NCBI GenBank assembly: GCA_963555825.3
Contig: CAUVXB020000002.1
Span: 1,568,001 to 1,632,000 of the forward strand
Direction of reading: 5' to 3'
Source: Alphaproteobacteria bacterium
Lineage (GTDB): Bacteria; Pseudomonadota; Alphaproteobacteria; JAAXGF01
DNA: 64,000 nucleotides
The notes under the pieces were generated by a model. That model was not told the origin of the DNA. It saw only the letters and a program-made list of their open reading frames with translations, and made no database searches. Shown piece by piece: positions 49,374 to 59,572 of this stretch; position 1 is the first letter of the stretch, and the number at the start of each line of letters is the position of its first letter. The translations under genes were made by a program, and so were the position numbers.

Positions 49374-52230
49374 ATGTATCGGGTGGAGTTGTACGCACGG
49401 GTTCGGCGGGCGTGTCATGTCGAGGGGATGAGCACCCGCGAGGCCTCGCGGGTGTTTGGTGTAGACCGCAAGACGGTCCGTAAGATGCTGTCGTTCTCGG
49501 TGCCGCCAGGGTATCGCCGAAGCGCGCCGCCGAGGCGGCCAAAGCTGGGTCCGTTCACGGGAATCATCGATCGGATCTTGGAAGACGATCGGACCAGCCA
49601 CCGCAAGCAACGGCACACTGCGAAGCGCATCTTCGACCGCCTCCGGGACGAGTACGGTTTCACGGGCGGCTACACCATCGTGAAGGACTACGTTCGTGAG
49701 CAGGGGCTTCGGTCGCGTGAGGTGTTCGTGCCACTCTCCCATTCCCCCGGTCACGCCCAGGCGGACTTCGGCGAAGCGATGGCGGTGATCGGCGGCGCGT
49801 TACGGAAGATCCACTTCCTTGCCTTCGACCTTCCCCACAGTGATGGTTGCTTTGTTGCGGCCTATCCGGCGGAGACGACCGAAGCATTCTGCGATGGCCA
49901 CAACGCGGCGTTTGCCTTCTTCGGCGGCGTCCCCCGATCCATCCTGTACGACAACACCAAGCTGGCGGTTGCCCGGATCCTGGGCGATGGGAAGCGGCAG
50001 CGAACGCGCGTCTTCACGGAGCTTCAGTCCCACTATCTGTTCGAGGACAGGTTCGGCCGGCCGGGCAAGGGCAACGACAAGGGCAAGGTCGAGGGACTGG
50101 TCGGCTTCATCCGGCGGAACTTCCTGGTCCCCGTCCCGCGTGCCGAGAGCTTCGCGGCCCTCAACGATGCTCTCGCCGAACAGTGCCGCCGGCGCCAGGC
50201 GGCGCGGCTGCGGGGCCACAAGATGCTATGAGGCTGAAGGACGCAGCCTCAAGCTCCTTCGATTATTTCAACCTCGATCAGAAGGAGCGACACGATGGCA
50301 CAGTTTCCGGTATCGACCTCCAATGAACACGCTATTTATGCGGCACTGGAGTTGAGCAAGAACAGCTGGCTTTTGGCGATCCAGGCTCCGGGGCGGGGCA
50401 ATCCGAGCTTGCATCCGATCAAGGGCGGCGACGCTGAAGGACTGATGGCCAAGCTGGACGCGGCGCGGGACCGGGTGGTCAAGGTGACGGGTCGAACGCC
50501 GACGATAACGCTGTGCTACGAGGCCGGCTACGACGGCTTCTGGTTGGCGCGGTTCCTCGAGCAGCGCGGCATCGAGTGTCTGGATGGAGCCGGCCAGCTT
50601 GCGGGTCAACCGCCGGGCGCGGCGGGTGAAGACCGCGCATCGATGTCGAGAATATTCTTCATACGCTGATCGCCTGGTGCCGCGGCGAGCGTCATGTCTG
50701 CTCCATGGTGGTGATTCCGAGCGTCGCGGAGGAGGACCTTCGCCGCTCTCATCGGGAACGTGACCGATTGGTCCGCGAGCGAACCGCCCACATCAACCGG
50801 ATCAAGGGTCTGCTATTCGGTCAGGGCATTCGCGGCATCAATGTCAAGGCGCGCTACAAGACCTTGACACCGGCGGCGCTGGTCACCGGAGACGGCCGAC
50901 CCCTGCCGGACCGTCTCGGCCGCGAGATCGCGCGGGAGATCGCGAGACTGGCCCAGGTCCAAGCGCAGATCGTCGAGGTCGAGCGTGAGCGTGATCAAGC
51001 GCCGACACCGTGTGTGGCCACGGAAAGCAAGCGGCCAGCTGCTGCGCTTAAAGGGCCTCGGCCCGGCCTTATCCACGACGCTCGCACGGGAAGTCTATTA
51101 TCGCCAGTTCGCCAATCGCCGACAGGTGGCAAGCTATATCGGGATCACGCCCAGTGCCTATGACAGCGGCGACGGGCGCCGCAGCCAAGGCATCTCCAAG
51201 GCGGGCAATCGGCTGGCACGGGTTGCCATGATCGAAGCCGCATGGCTTTGGGTCCGCCATCAACCCGATAGCGCTCTGACCCAGTGGTTCCATGACCGCA
51301 CCCAAGGTCAGAAGGGGCGCATCAGGCGCGTCATGATCGTCGCAAACTGGCGATCGCGCTTTGGCGGTATCTGGAAACCGGGCTGATCCCGGTGGGTGCT
51401 GTCGTCAAATAGGACTGCGGATCAGCTCAGCGTTCTAACGGGCTTCATTCCCCGATTCGCTTGTTGGCTGGTGTGACCATGTCTCCTTGGTCCCGCGTGC
51501 CGAGAGCTTCGCGGCCCTCAACGATGCTCTCGCCGAACAGTGCCGCCGGCGCCAGGCGGCGCGGCTGCGGGGCCACAAGGAGACCATCGGCGAGCGTCTC
51601 GAGCGGGATCGTCAAGTTCTCTTGCCATTGCCGCCTGCTCCCTATGATGCCTGCGATAAGCGCCCTGGACGGGCGAGTTCGCTGTCGCTGGTGCGTTACC
51701 GCAGCAACGACTATTCCGTGCCCGTGGCCTACGGCCACCGTGAGGTGCTCATCCGGGGCTACGTCGATGAGGTGGTGATCAGCTGCGGGGCCGAGGTGAT
51801 CGCCCGGCACCGCCGGTCCTACGACAGCGAGGACCTGATCTTCGACCCGCTGCATTACCTGCCCTTGATCGAGCAGAAGATCGGCGCCCTCGACCAGGCC
51901 GCGCCATTGGCGGGCTGGGACCTGCCCGAGGCCTTCATCACTCTGCGGCGGCTCCTCGAAGCTCGTATGGGCAAGGCAGGCAAGCGCGAGTACGTCCAGG
52001 TGCTCCGTCTACTGGAGACCTTCCGGCTCGAGGAGGTCGAGGGTGCGGTCGGCGACGCCCTGCGGCTCGGCGCAATCGGCTTTGATGCGGTGAAGCACCT
52101 GGTACTGTGCCGCATCGAGCGGCGGCCGCCCAGGCTCAACCTCGACGTCTATCCGTATCTGCCGCGCGCCCGGGTCGCGATGACGTCCGCCAAGTCGTAC
52201 ATGAGCCTGCTGTCGGGGCTCGGCGCATGA
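49374..52230 (+). pseudogene. istA: IS21 transposase IstA, interrupted at 50222
   Basis: AQADFG, YDN, KGKVE, YSVP; C-terminal part resumes at 51490. Confidence 0.88.
50223..51489 (+). mobile_element. Decayed IS110 family element (frameshifted transposase 50295-51412)
   Basis: ALELSK, CYEAGYDGFW, VKT.RID, GITPSAYDSG and ISKAGN motifs spread over several frames. Confidence 0.85.
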
Positions 52231-52991
52231 CCGACACACCGCAAGTGCTGCTCGCCCACCACCTCAAGACGCTGAAGCTGCCGACCTTCCTGCGCGAGTA
52301 CGACAAGATCGCCCGGCAGTGCGCCTCGGAAGGCGTCGATCACGTCCGCTACCTGTTGAGACTCGCCGAGCTCGAGCTGATCGACCGCGAGCGCCGCATG
52401 GTCGAGCGGCGCATCAAGGCGGCGCGCTTCCCCGTGGTCAAGAGCCTCGACAGCTTCGACTTCAAGGTCATCCCCTCGCTCAACAAGGCGCTGGTCCTGG
52501 AGCTGGCCCGCTGCGAGTACATCGAGCGCCGCGAGAACCTCATCGCGCTCGGCAACAGTGGGACCGGCAAGACCCACATCGCCCTCGGTCTCGGCCTGGC
52601 GGCCTGCCAGAAGGGCCTCTCGGTCGGCTTCATCACCGCCGCCGCGCTGGTCCACGAACTCATCGAGGCCCGCGATGACAAGCAGCTGCTGAGGTTCCAG
52701 AAGAAGCTCGCCACCTACAAGCTTCTGATCGTCGACGAACTCGGCTTCGTGCCGCTGTCGAAGACCGGCGCCGAGCTGTTGTTCGAGGTGTTCAGCCAAC
52801 GCTACGAGCGGGGCTCGACCCTGGTCACCACCAATCTGCCCTTCGACGAATGGACCGAGGTGTTCGGCTCCGAGCGCCTCACCGGCGCGCTCCTCGATCG
52901 CCTCACCCACCACGTCAACATCCTCGAGATGAACGGTGACAGCTACAGGCTCAACCAGAGCCGCAGGCGTCAAACCCCGACTGCTAACTGA
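52227..52991 (+). CDS. istB: IS21 helper ATPase IstB
   Basis: GNSGTGKTH Walker A, LLIVDELG Walker B, ALLDRLTH. Confidence 0.95.
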   Translation: MTDTPQVLLAHHLKTLKLPTFLREYDKIARQCASEGVDHVRYLLRLAELELIDRERRMVERRIKAARFPVVKSLDSFDFKVIPSLNKALVLELARCEYIERRENLIALGNSGTGKTHIALGLGLAACQKGLSVGFITAAALVHELIEARDDKQLLRFQKKLATYKLLIVDELGFVPLSKTGAELLFEVFSQRYERGSTLVTTNLPFDEWTEVFGSERLTGALLDRLTHHVNILEMNGDSYRLNQSRRRQTPTAN

Positions 52992-53182
52992 ACCGACCAC
53001 CCAGCCCACGCTTGACCCCGTGGGCCCACAGGTCCCTCCCGCGCGCGCCGCCGCGTCAGCCTGTTGAGGGCACGCCGCGTCGCGCGCGGGGCCCTCCCGT
53101 GGACTACGGGGACAAGCCCGCAGCCGCCAAGCGGTCCCTTCTTACACCGCCGAGGTGGTCCCTTTTTGCTCCGCCATTGACT

Positions 53183-53335
53183 CGCCGCCGGCATCTGCAC
53201 CAGGATCGCGCCGTCGGTTCCGCCCGCCTCGACCAGCAGGACACGGACGTCGGGGTCTTCGGAGAGCCGCGCCGCGACGACGCAGCCGGCCGATCCGGCG
53301 CCCGCCACGATGTAGTCGTATGCCGCCTCGGTCAT
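53183..53335 (-). pseudogene. GMC oxidoreductase (choline dehydrogenase-like) 5' fragment truncated by IS21
   Basis: [33 protein letters not shown], then the IS end. Confidence 0.85.
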
Positions 53336-53373
53336 GATCATTGCTCTTGCGATGAACAGATGTGACATAAAAT

Positions 53374-53390
53374 ATATTGGACGTCCAGCT
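53374..53390. promoter_or_regulatory. Candidate BetI-like operator
   Basis: Palindrome TGGACGTCCA (53378-53387) in an AT-rich divergent promoter; resembles the BetI box ATTGAACGTCCAAT. Confidence 0.55.
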
Positions 53391-53412
53391 TATTTTATGA
53401 TTTCATGCCGCC

Positions 53413-54072
53413 ATGACGACACTTGAGCCCTCCGTGACGCGGCATCGGCGGACGCCGCGCCGGCGCCCGCGTAGCCAGCCCGAGATCAACGCCCAGCGCC
53501 GCATCGAGCTGGTCGAGGGCGCCATCCGTTCGGTCGCGGCTCACGGGCTCGCGGGCACCACGGTACAGACGATCTCGGCGGCGGCCGGCGCCTCGCGCGG
53601 TTTGTTGGCGCACTACTACGGCAGCAAGGGCGCGCTGATGCTGGCGGCGTACCGCCATCTCTGCGACACCATCGCGCAAAGCATGGGCGACGCCGCCCGG
53701 GCCAGCGGCAAGGCCGCTTCGGCCCGGCTCGACGCCATGGTGGTCGCGGTCTTCTCGCCGCCCATCTTCGAGCCGGTCAAGCTCGCCGCCTTCCTGAGCT
53801 TCTGGCACGAGGTACGAACCAATCCCGCCATGGCGGCGATCAACCACGAGCTCTACCGCGACTACCGCGAGGTCGTCGCGCGTCTCTTCGAACGCGCCGC
53901 GGCCGAACGCAACGCCGCCATCGACGGCCGCACCGCGGCGATTGGCCTGATCGCGCTGATCGACGGCTTCTGGGTCGAGCTCACGATCGACCCCGCCGCC
54001 TTTTCCGTCGACCAGGCGCTCGGCGTCTGCCGCACCTATGTCGACCGCTTCCTCGCCACGACGACAAGCTGA
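53413..54072 (+). CDS. TetR family regulator, BetI-like
   Basis: AGASRGLLAHYYGSK helix-turn-helix; ALIDGFW. Confidence 0.88.
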   Translation: MTTLEPSVTRHRRTPRRRPRSQPEINAQRRIELVEGAIRSVAAHGLAGTTVQTISAAAGASRGLLAHYYGSKGALMLAAYRHLCDTIAQSMGDAARASGKAASARLDAMVVAVFSPPIFEPVKLAAFLSFWHEVRTNPAMAAINHELYRDYREVVARLFERAAAERNAAIDGRTAAIGLIALIDGFWVELTIDPAAFSVDQALGVCRTYVDRFLATTTS

Positions 54073-54083
54073 CAGGACAGACC

Positions 54084-54920
54084 ATGGCCACCCGCGACAC
54101 GCTTACCAAACTCGACACGCCGACACTGGTGCCGGCCGCCACCGTGCCCTACGTCATCTGGGGCGACGAGCAGTCGGGCTTCGTCAACGACCTGTTCCAT
54201 ATCATGAGCGACCAGATGGTCGTCGTGACGGTGACCATGCCGCCGGGCGCTTCGTTCTCGTCTTCGGACCGCTTCCGGCCCTATTTCGACACCCATGAAT
54301 GCCTCTACGTGCTGGCCGGCAATTACACCTGCCAGGACCCGACGACCGGCGAGCTGCGCTCGATCGGCGAGGGCGAGATGCTGCTCATGCGCGAGCGGCA
54401 ATGGCATTACGGGCACAATTTCGGCGACAGCGAGCTGCGCCTGCTGGAGGTCATCTGCCCACCCGCCAACGCCGCCGCCCTCGGTGACCATCCGCGCCCC
54501 GAGACGGCCATTCCGTTCGACGCCAAGGCGCTCGCCGACTGGCCGCGTGGCCGTGCCATCGCCCATCACCGCCTGGAAAAGATCGGCCACGACGGTCGGC
54601 TGAACGCTTTGCTTGGCACCGAATGCCCGATCCTGCTCGAGGTGCTCGCCTCGACCGAAAAGGTCGGATTCGCCGTCGCCAGCTTGCGCGCCGGCGCCCG
54701 CAGCGACATCGTCGGCTTCCCCTACGATGTCGTCTACCACGTCGAGGAAGGCGAGCTCTTCGTCTCCGACATCGAGGGCGGCGCTTATTTCCACGCCGCG
54801 GTGGGCGATTGCGTCTTCCTGCCGGCGGACTGCCGCCACCGATTGTTCAACCACACGGCCACGACATGCCGTTTCGACCTCGGCGGCGCCGGCAGCCTCG
54901 ACCGGCATCGGGTCGGCTGA
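54084..54920 (+). CDS. Bicupin domain protein
   Basis: Two cupin motifs (HECLYVLAG..WHYGHN; YHVEEGE..GDCVFLP..HRLFN). Confidence 0.75.
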   Translation: MATRDTLTKLDTPTLVPAATVPYVIWGDEQSGFVNDLFHIMSDQMVVVTVTMPPGASFSSSDRFRPYFDTHECLYVLAGNYTCQDPTTGELRSIGEGEMLLMRERQWHYGHNFGDSELRLLEVICPPANAAALGDHPRPETAIPFDAKALADWPRGRAIAHHRLEKIGHDGRLNALLGTECPILLEVLASTEKVGFAVASLRAGARSDIVGFPYDVVYHVEEGELFVSDIEGGAYFHAAVGDCVFLPADCRHRLFNHTATTCRFDLGGAGSLDRHRVG

Positions 54921-55699
54921 TGGGTGCCACCGCCAGGCTGTTCGATCTGACCGGCAAGTCGGTCATCGTCACCGGCTCGGGCCGCGGCCTGGGCCGGGCC
55001 ATGGCGCGTGGCCTCGCCGAGGCCGGCGCCCGCGTCACGCTATGCGGGCGCAGCGCCGACATCGTCAAGGACGCCGCCGACGAACTGCGCGCCGAGGGTC
55101 ACGAGGCGCTCGACGTCGTCTTCGACGCGCGCGACCGCGCCGACGTCGAGCGGCTGATAGACACCACCGCGGCGGCCTTCGGCGGCCTCGACGTCATGGT
55201 CGTCAATCATGGCATCGGGCGCGCGCAGCGGGCGGAAGACGTCGAGTCCGCCGCATGGAACGAGATGATCGCGATCAACCTGACCAGCGCCTTCACCTGC
55301 GCCCAGCTCGCCGGCCGACGCATGATCGAGCAGGGCCGCGGCGGCTCTATCGTGTTCACCGGCTCGACCGGCAGCCTGGTTGCCTTCGAGGGCCTGACGG
55401 CCTATGGCGCGGCCAAGGCCGGGCTCGACCACGCGGCGCGTCAGCTGGCCGCCGAATGGGGCCGCCACAAGATCCGCGTCAACGTCGTCGCGCCGGGCTA
55501 CATGACGAGCAACATGCGCGACACCGGCGGGCGCTACGACGCCGCCGAACACCTCGCAGGCGTTCTCGCGCTGACGCCGCTCGGCCGCAAGGGCGAACCG
55601 GAGGAGCTGGTCGGCCCGGTCGTGTTCCTCGCCAGCGACGCGTCGAGCTACGTCACCGGGCACGTCATCCCGGTCGACGGCGGCTGGTGCATCCTGTGA
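54920..55699 (+). CDS. SDR family oxidoreductase
   Basis: TGSGRGLG, YGAAK, IRVNVVAPG, VDGG. Confidence 0.92.
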   Translation: MGATARLFDLTGKSVIVTGSGRGLGRAMARGLAEAGARVTLCGRSADIVKDAADELRAEGHEALDVVFDARDRADVERLIDTTAAAFGGLDVMVVNHGIGRAQRAEDVESAAWNEMIAINLTSAFTCAQLAGRRMIEQGRGGSIVFTGSTGSLVAFEGLTAYGAAKAGLDHAARQLAAEWGRHKIRVNVVAPGYMTSNMRDTGGRYDAAEHLAGVLALTPLGRKGEPEELVGPVVFLASDASSYVTGHVIPVDGGWCIL

Positions 55700-56475
55700 C
55701 CGCGGACCCTCGCGTCGACGCGGCGGTCGGCGCGCTGCAAGACGACGGCTACGCGATCGTCGATGGGCTCGCGTCGCCCGAAGTCATGCGCGACATCGCG
55801 ACCGAGTTGCGGCCACATTTCGACGCCGTCGCGCCGGCCGAGCGGGGCAACGCCACCGCGCGCGTCCACAGCCGCGTGCTGGCCGGCGGGCCGGCGCTGC
55901 AGGACCGCATGATCGATCCGGTCGTCACCGGCGTGCTCGACCGCCTGCTCGGTCCCACCTGCGTGCGCTACCAGCTGTCCAGCGTGCAAGGCATCGAGGT
56001 CTTCCCCGGCGCGGCCGACCAGGGCCTCCGCCGCGACGACGACATCTTCCGGCTGCCCCATCCGCACCCGGTGTTCGAGGTCAACGTGATGTGGGCGGTG
56101 ACCGACTTCACGGCCGCGAACGGCGCGACGCGCGTCGTGCCGAACAGCCATCTCTGGCCGACCGGACGGACGCCCGAGCCGGGCGGCGACGTCGTCGCCG
56201 CGATGGCCGCGGGATCGGCGCTGCTGTGGCTCGGCTCGACCTGGCACGGCGCCGGCGCCAACCGGTCCGAGGCGCCGCGCATCGGCTTCTATGCCGGCTA
56301 CTCGCTCGGTTGGCTGCGCCAGGAAGAGATGATGTACCTGGCGTTGCCGCCCGAGGCCGTGCGGCCCATGCCCGAGGCGCTGCAGCGCCTGATCGGCTAT
56401 GAGCTCAAGGGCACCATGACGCTCGGCTGGCTCGACGGCCGCGACCCGCGCGAGGCGCTCGGCCTCGATCGCTGA
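55696..56475 (+). CDS. Phytanoyl-CoA dioxygenase (PhyH) family protein
   Basis: DFTAANGATRVVPNSH, WHGAGANRS, WLRQEE. Confidence 0.88.
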   Translation: MTADPRVDAAVGALQDDGYAIVDGLASPEVMRDIATELRPHFDAVAPAERGNATARVHSRVLAGGPALQDRMIDPVVTGVLDRLLGPTCVRYQLSSVQGIEVFPGAADQGLRRDDDIFRLPHPHPVFEVNVMWAVTDFTAANGATRVVPNSHLWPTGRTPEPGGDVVAAMAAGSALLWLGSTWHGAGANRSEAPRIGFYAGYSLGWLRQEEMMYLALPPEAVRPMPEALQRLIGYELKGTMTLGWLDGRDPREALGLDR

Positions 56476-56587
56476 GCGACGCCGCCTGGCGTCGAATTCC
56501 GCCGCGTTCTCGTCCAATCGTCTCGAGCGCCCTACAATGCACGCCGGCGATCGAGCGTCTCGTGAACCAAGGGTGGCATCGACGATC

Positions 56588-57115
56588 ATGAAAATCATCG
56601 ACCTCACATTGCCTTTGTACACCGGTATGGAGGTCTATCCGGGCGACGCGGCGCCAAGTTTCGAGTTGGTCGAGCGATTCGCCGAGACCGGATGGAACAT
56701 GCGCCGGCTGGAAATCAACGGGCACGACGGGACGCACGTCAACCTGCCGCTGCATGCCACGGCCGCGGGCAAGAATCTGGACGACTATGACCTGGCGACG
56801 TTCATGGGGGAATCGGTGCTCTACGAGTCCGATGCCGACATCAGTCCCGGGGTCGGGTTGATATTCCACGCCACGGATATTTCATGGCGAATCGCCGAGG
56901 CCATCGTCGCAATCGGACCCAGCTTCATCGGTCTGCCGGCGAAGTTCGAGTTCGACATCACAATCGAGCGCTGGCTGCTCGAACGCGACGTCATTTCGTT
57001 TGAACGCCTGATCAACACCGAGCAACTGCCCAAGTCCTTCTACTTCCACGGCGCGCCATTGAAAGTCGTCCATGGCGACGGCAGCCCGGTCCGTGCTTAT
57101 GCGGTCACGAACTAG
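56588..57115 (+). CDS. Cyclase (kynurenine formamidase-like) family protein
   Basis: IIDLT, YPGD, HDGTHV, GDGSPVRA. Confidence 0.85.
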   Translation: MKIIDLTLPLYTGMEVYPGDAAPSFELVERFAETGWNMRRLEINGHDGTHVNLPLHATAAGKNLDDYDLATFMGESVLYESDADISPGVGLIFHATDISWRIAEAIVAIGPSFIGLPAKFEFDITIERWLLERDVISFERLINTEQLPKSFYFHGAPLKVVHGDGSPVRAYAVTN

Positions 57116-57319
57116 GCTGACAAAGCTGTCGTTGGAAGCTGCTTGGGCGGGGCGTCGCAATCCTGAGAACTCTGGCTCGTCCGAGAGTCGTGCGGATGCC
57201 GGGCTGAGAACCAGCGCGATGGGCTAAGTGAACCCGACGCGCGGCAAAAACTTGTGGTTTGCCGCCAAATGGTACGGAGCTATGCTCGACGCGATGAACG
57301 GTCGCGCGAGGTACACGCC

Positions 57320-58519
57320 ATGGCGGCTCTCGGCAGCTTGCTAAAATCCCGCCGGTCGGGTTGGTCCCTCGAGCAACAGTTCTACACCGATCCGGCAATC
57401 TTCACGTCCGACATGGCGCGCGTATTTCGGCGCGGCTGGCTGTTCTCCGGTCACGCCTGCCAGGTGGCGCGGCCGGGCGATTACTTCACCTACGACGTCG
57501 CCGACGACCCCGTGATCATCATTCGCGGCAACGATGGCGAACTCCATGCCTTGTACAACGTCTGCCGGCACCGCGGCTCGCGCATCTGTCTCGCGCCCGC
57601 GGGCCGCGCGACCAGGCTCATCTGTCCGTACCATCAGTGGACCTACGACACCGATGGCACGCTGTTGCACAACACCTGGATGCCGGAGGATTTCGACAAA
57701 TCCGCGTTCGGCCTGGCCAAGGGGCATCTGCGCGACGTCGCCGGGCTGATCTTCGTCAGCCTGGCCGACGACCCGCCCGGGTTCGCCCCGGCGGACGATT
57801 TCACACGGCTGTTGGCGCCCCACGGACTGGAACGCGCGAAGCTGGCCCATTCGATGACCTACGACATTCCCGCAAACTGGAAATTGGTCATCGAGAACCA
57901 GCGCGAATGCTATCACTGCCCGGCCAAACACAAGGGCTACGCCGAGATCCAACTCGACACCGACGTCGACGATGCCGACAAGCGCGCCGCCATTGTGCAA
58001 CGCGAGGCCGAGAGCCGCGGCAAATGGGCGGCGCAGGGACTCGACGTCTCGCTAATCAGTGCGGACTACGCGATGAATGGGCCGTGGTGGCGCGCAAATC
58101 GCACGCCGTTTCGAGCCGGCAACGTCTCGGAGACCAGCGACGGCCAGCCGGTCGCCCCGCTGATGGGCGCGTTCACCGACGCCGACGCCGGCAATGCGCG
58201 CGCCAATACCTATCCGAACTTCTGGCTTCATGGCTCGAGCGACCACGTGCACACCATGCGGGTGACGCCGATCGACGCGTCGACGACACGGATCCAGGCG
58301 GACTGGCTGGTCGACGCGGCTGCCGAGGCGGGCATCGACTACGACGTCTCGCGTCTCATCGAATTTTCCAAACGGGTCAACGACGAAGACCACGTCATCG
58401 TCACCGACCAGGCGAGCGGCGTCGCCTCTTCGCGTTACCGGCCCGGCCCCTACGCGCCGGTGAAGGAGGCGCTGGCCGAGCATTTCGTCACCTGGTACAT
58501 CGAACAGCTGGCGGGGTAG
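57320..58519 (+). CDS. Rieske oxygenase alpha subunit (glycine betaine/stachydrine demethylase-like)
   Basis: CRHRG...CPYHQW; NWKLVIENQRECYHC..H; YRPGPY. Confidence 0.9.
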   Translation: MAALGSLLKSRRSGWSLEQQFYTDPAIFTSDMARVFRRGWLFSGHACQVARPGDYFTYDVADDPVIIIRGNDGELHALYNVCRHRGSRICLAPAGRATRLICPYHQWTYDTDGTLLHNTWMPEDFDKSAFGLAKGHLRDVAGLIFVSLADDPPGFAPADDFTRLLAPHGLERAKLAHSMTYDIPANWKLVIENQRECYHCPAKHKGYAEIQLDTDVDDADKRAAIVQREAESRGKWAAQGLDVSLISADYAMNGPWWRANRTPFRAGNVSETSDGQPVAPLMGAFTDADAGNARANTYPNFWLHGSSDHVHTMRVTPIDASTTRIQADWLVDAAAEAGIDYDVSRLIEFSKRVNDEDHVIVTDQASGVASSRYRPGPYAPVKEALAEHFVTWYIEQLAG

Positions 58520-58545
58520 CGCAGTCTCGACACGGGGCGCCGACG
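58443..58545 (+). repeat. Direct repeat of ~103 bp (Rieske 3' end plus UTR), second copy at 59431-59533
   Basis: About 6 mismatches by hand alignment. Confidence 0.9.
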
Positions 58546-58625
58546 CGCGTGCTGACATGTGGTTGGCGGGCTCGATCGTCGGCTACTTTCGGGCTGCTCC
58601 TTGGAATGAAAGAAATTTGGTTGGA

Positions 58626-59261
58626 TCAGCCGAGATCGGGTTCGGTCGCCTTGAAACTTTCGACCTCATTGAGGGCTGCCCACCAGGCCGCCACGCCTGG
58701 CACCGCCATCAAGCGCTCGGCGTCCGGCGTTAGCGAGACGTAAAAAAGGATCGGCCCCAAAAAGAAATCCGCAAGGCCCGGATTGGCTCCGGCGATCCAA
58801 GGATCATCGCCCTTGATCTCCATCAATAGACCGAGCAGCTTCTCGCTTTCCTTGAGACACGCTGCACGCGCGTCATCATTGGCACCGCCGATGAAATCCG
58901 GAAACAGGTGGTATCCAGCGACACCAACGAGTGCATCGTATCCGTAGCTGTTGATGTGGCTGATTGCCTCGTTCATTCGGGCCCGGTCTTTCGGCGTGTC
59001 GGCAACAGACGACGGCCCGGACAGGGTCTCGTCGAGATAACGGCAGATCGCATCTGTCTCGCGAATCCGAACGCCGTCGATATCCAGGACCGGCACCTTT
59101 CCGAAAGGATGGCGGGCCAAGTGTTCTGGTTGTCTGGGTTCACCGGCAAGCACGTTCACCGGAACCTGCTCGTATTCCACACCTTTTTCCATGAGAACCA
59201 TGCGAACGGTGCGAACATAAGTGGATCCATCGAAGCCGTAGAGGATTGGTTTAACGGTCAT
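58626..59261 (-). CDS. Glutathione S-transferase family protein
   Basis: STYVRTVR, HPFGKVPVL, ETDAICRYL, LAD. Confidence 0.92.
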   Translation of the reverse strand: MTVKPILYGFDGSTYVRTVRMVLMEKGVEYEQVPVNVLAGEPRQPEHLARHPFGKVPVLDIDGVRIRETDAICRYLDETLSGPSSVADTPKDRARMNEAISHINSYGYDALVGVAGYHLFPDFIGGANDDARAACLKESEKLLGLLMEIKGDDPWIAGANPGLADFFLGPILFYVSLTPDAERLMAVPGVAAWWAALNEVESFKATEPDLG

Positions 59262-59357
59262 GCTAACCCCCTTCATCGATCAGTTGCTTACTCGGCATAT
59301 GCTAGTCGCTTCAAGCGTCGACGTGAACCGGCCAATGTTTCGGCAAGCCATCCGATC

Positions 59358-59533
59358 ACGGCCTCGACCCGCGCGAGGCGCTCGATGTCGGGATGCACGA
59401 GCATCCGAAGCGTCGGAACGATCTCCGGTGCCGGCCCCTACGCGCCGGTGAAGGAGGCGCTGGCCGAGCATTTCGTCGCCTGGTACATCGAACAACTGGG
59501 GCGGTAGCGCAGTCTCGACACGGGGGGCTGACG
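59358..59533 (+). repeat. Copies of the PhyH 3' end (59358-59384, matching 56435-56461) and the Rieske 3' end (59431-59533)
   Basis: 26/27 identity for the first copy and about 97/103 for the second, by hand. Confidence 0.85.
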
Positions 59534-59572
59534 TCGAAATTGGCGCGAGCCAAACGCGTGGCCGAGCCGGCC

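Larger units (their letters stand above)
49256..53182 (+). mobile_element. IS21 family element carrying a nested IS110 remnant
   Basis: Ends TGAGAACGGCAGAGCAA / AGTCAATGGCGGAGCAA (rc), sub-terminal GGGACC repeats, istA-istB; no TSD seen. Confidence 0.88.

Noticed and set aside
58443-59533. Possible DGR template/variable repeat pair at the Rieske C-terminus
   Set aside because: Mismatches are not adenine-specific, and there is no reverse transcriptase in the window.
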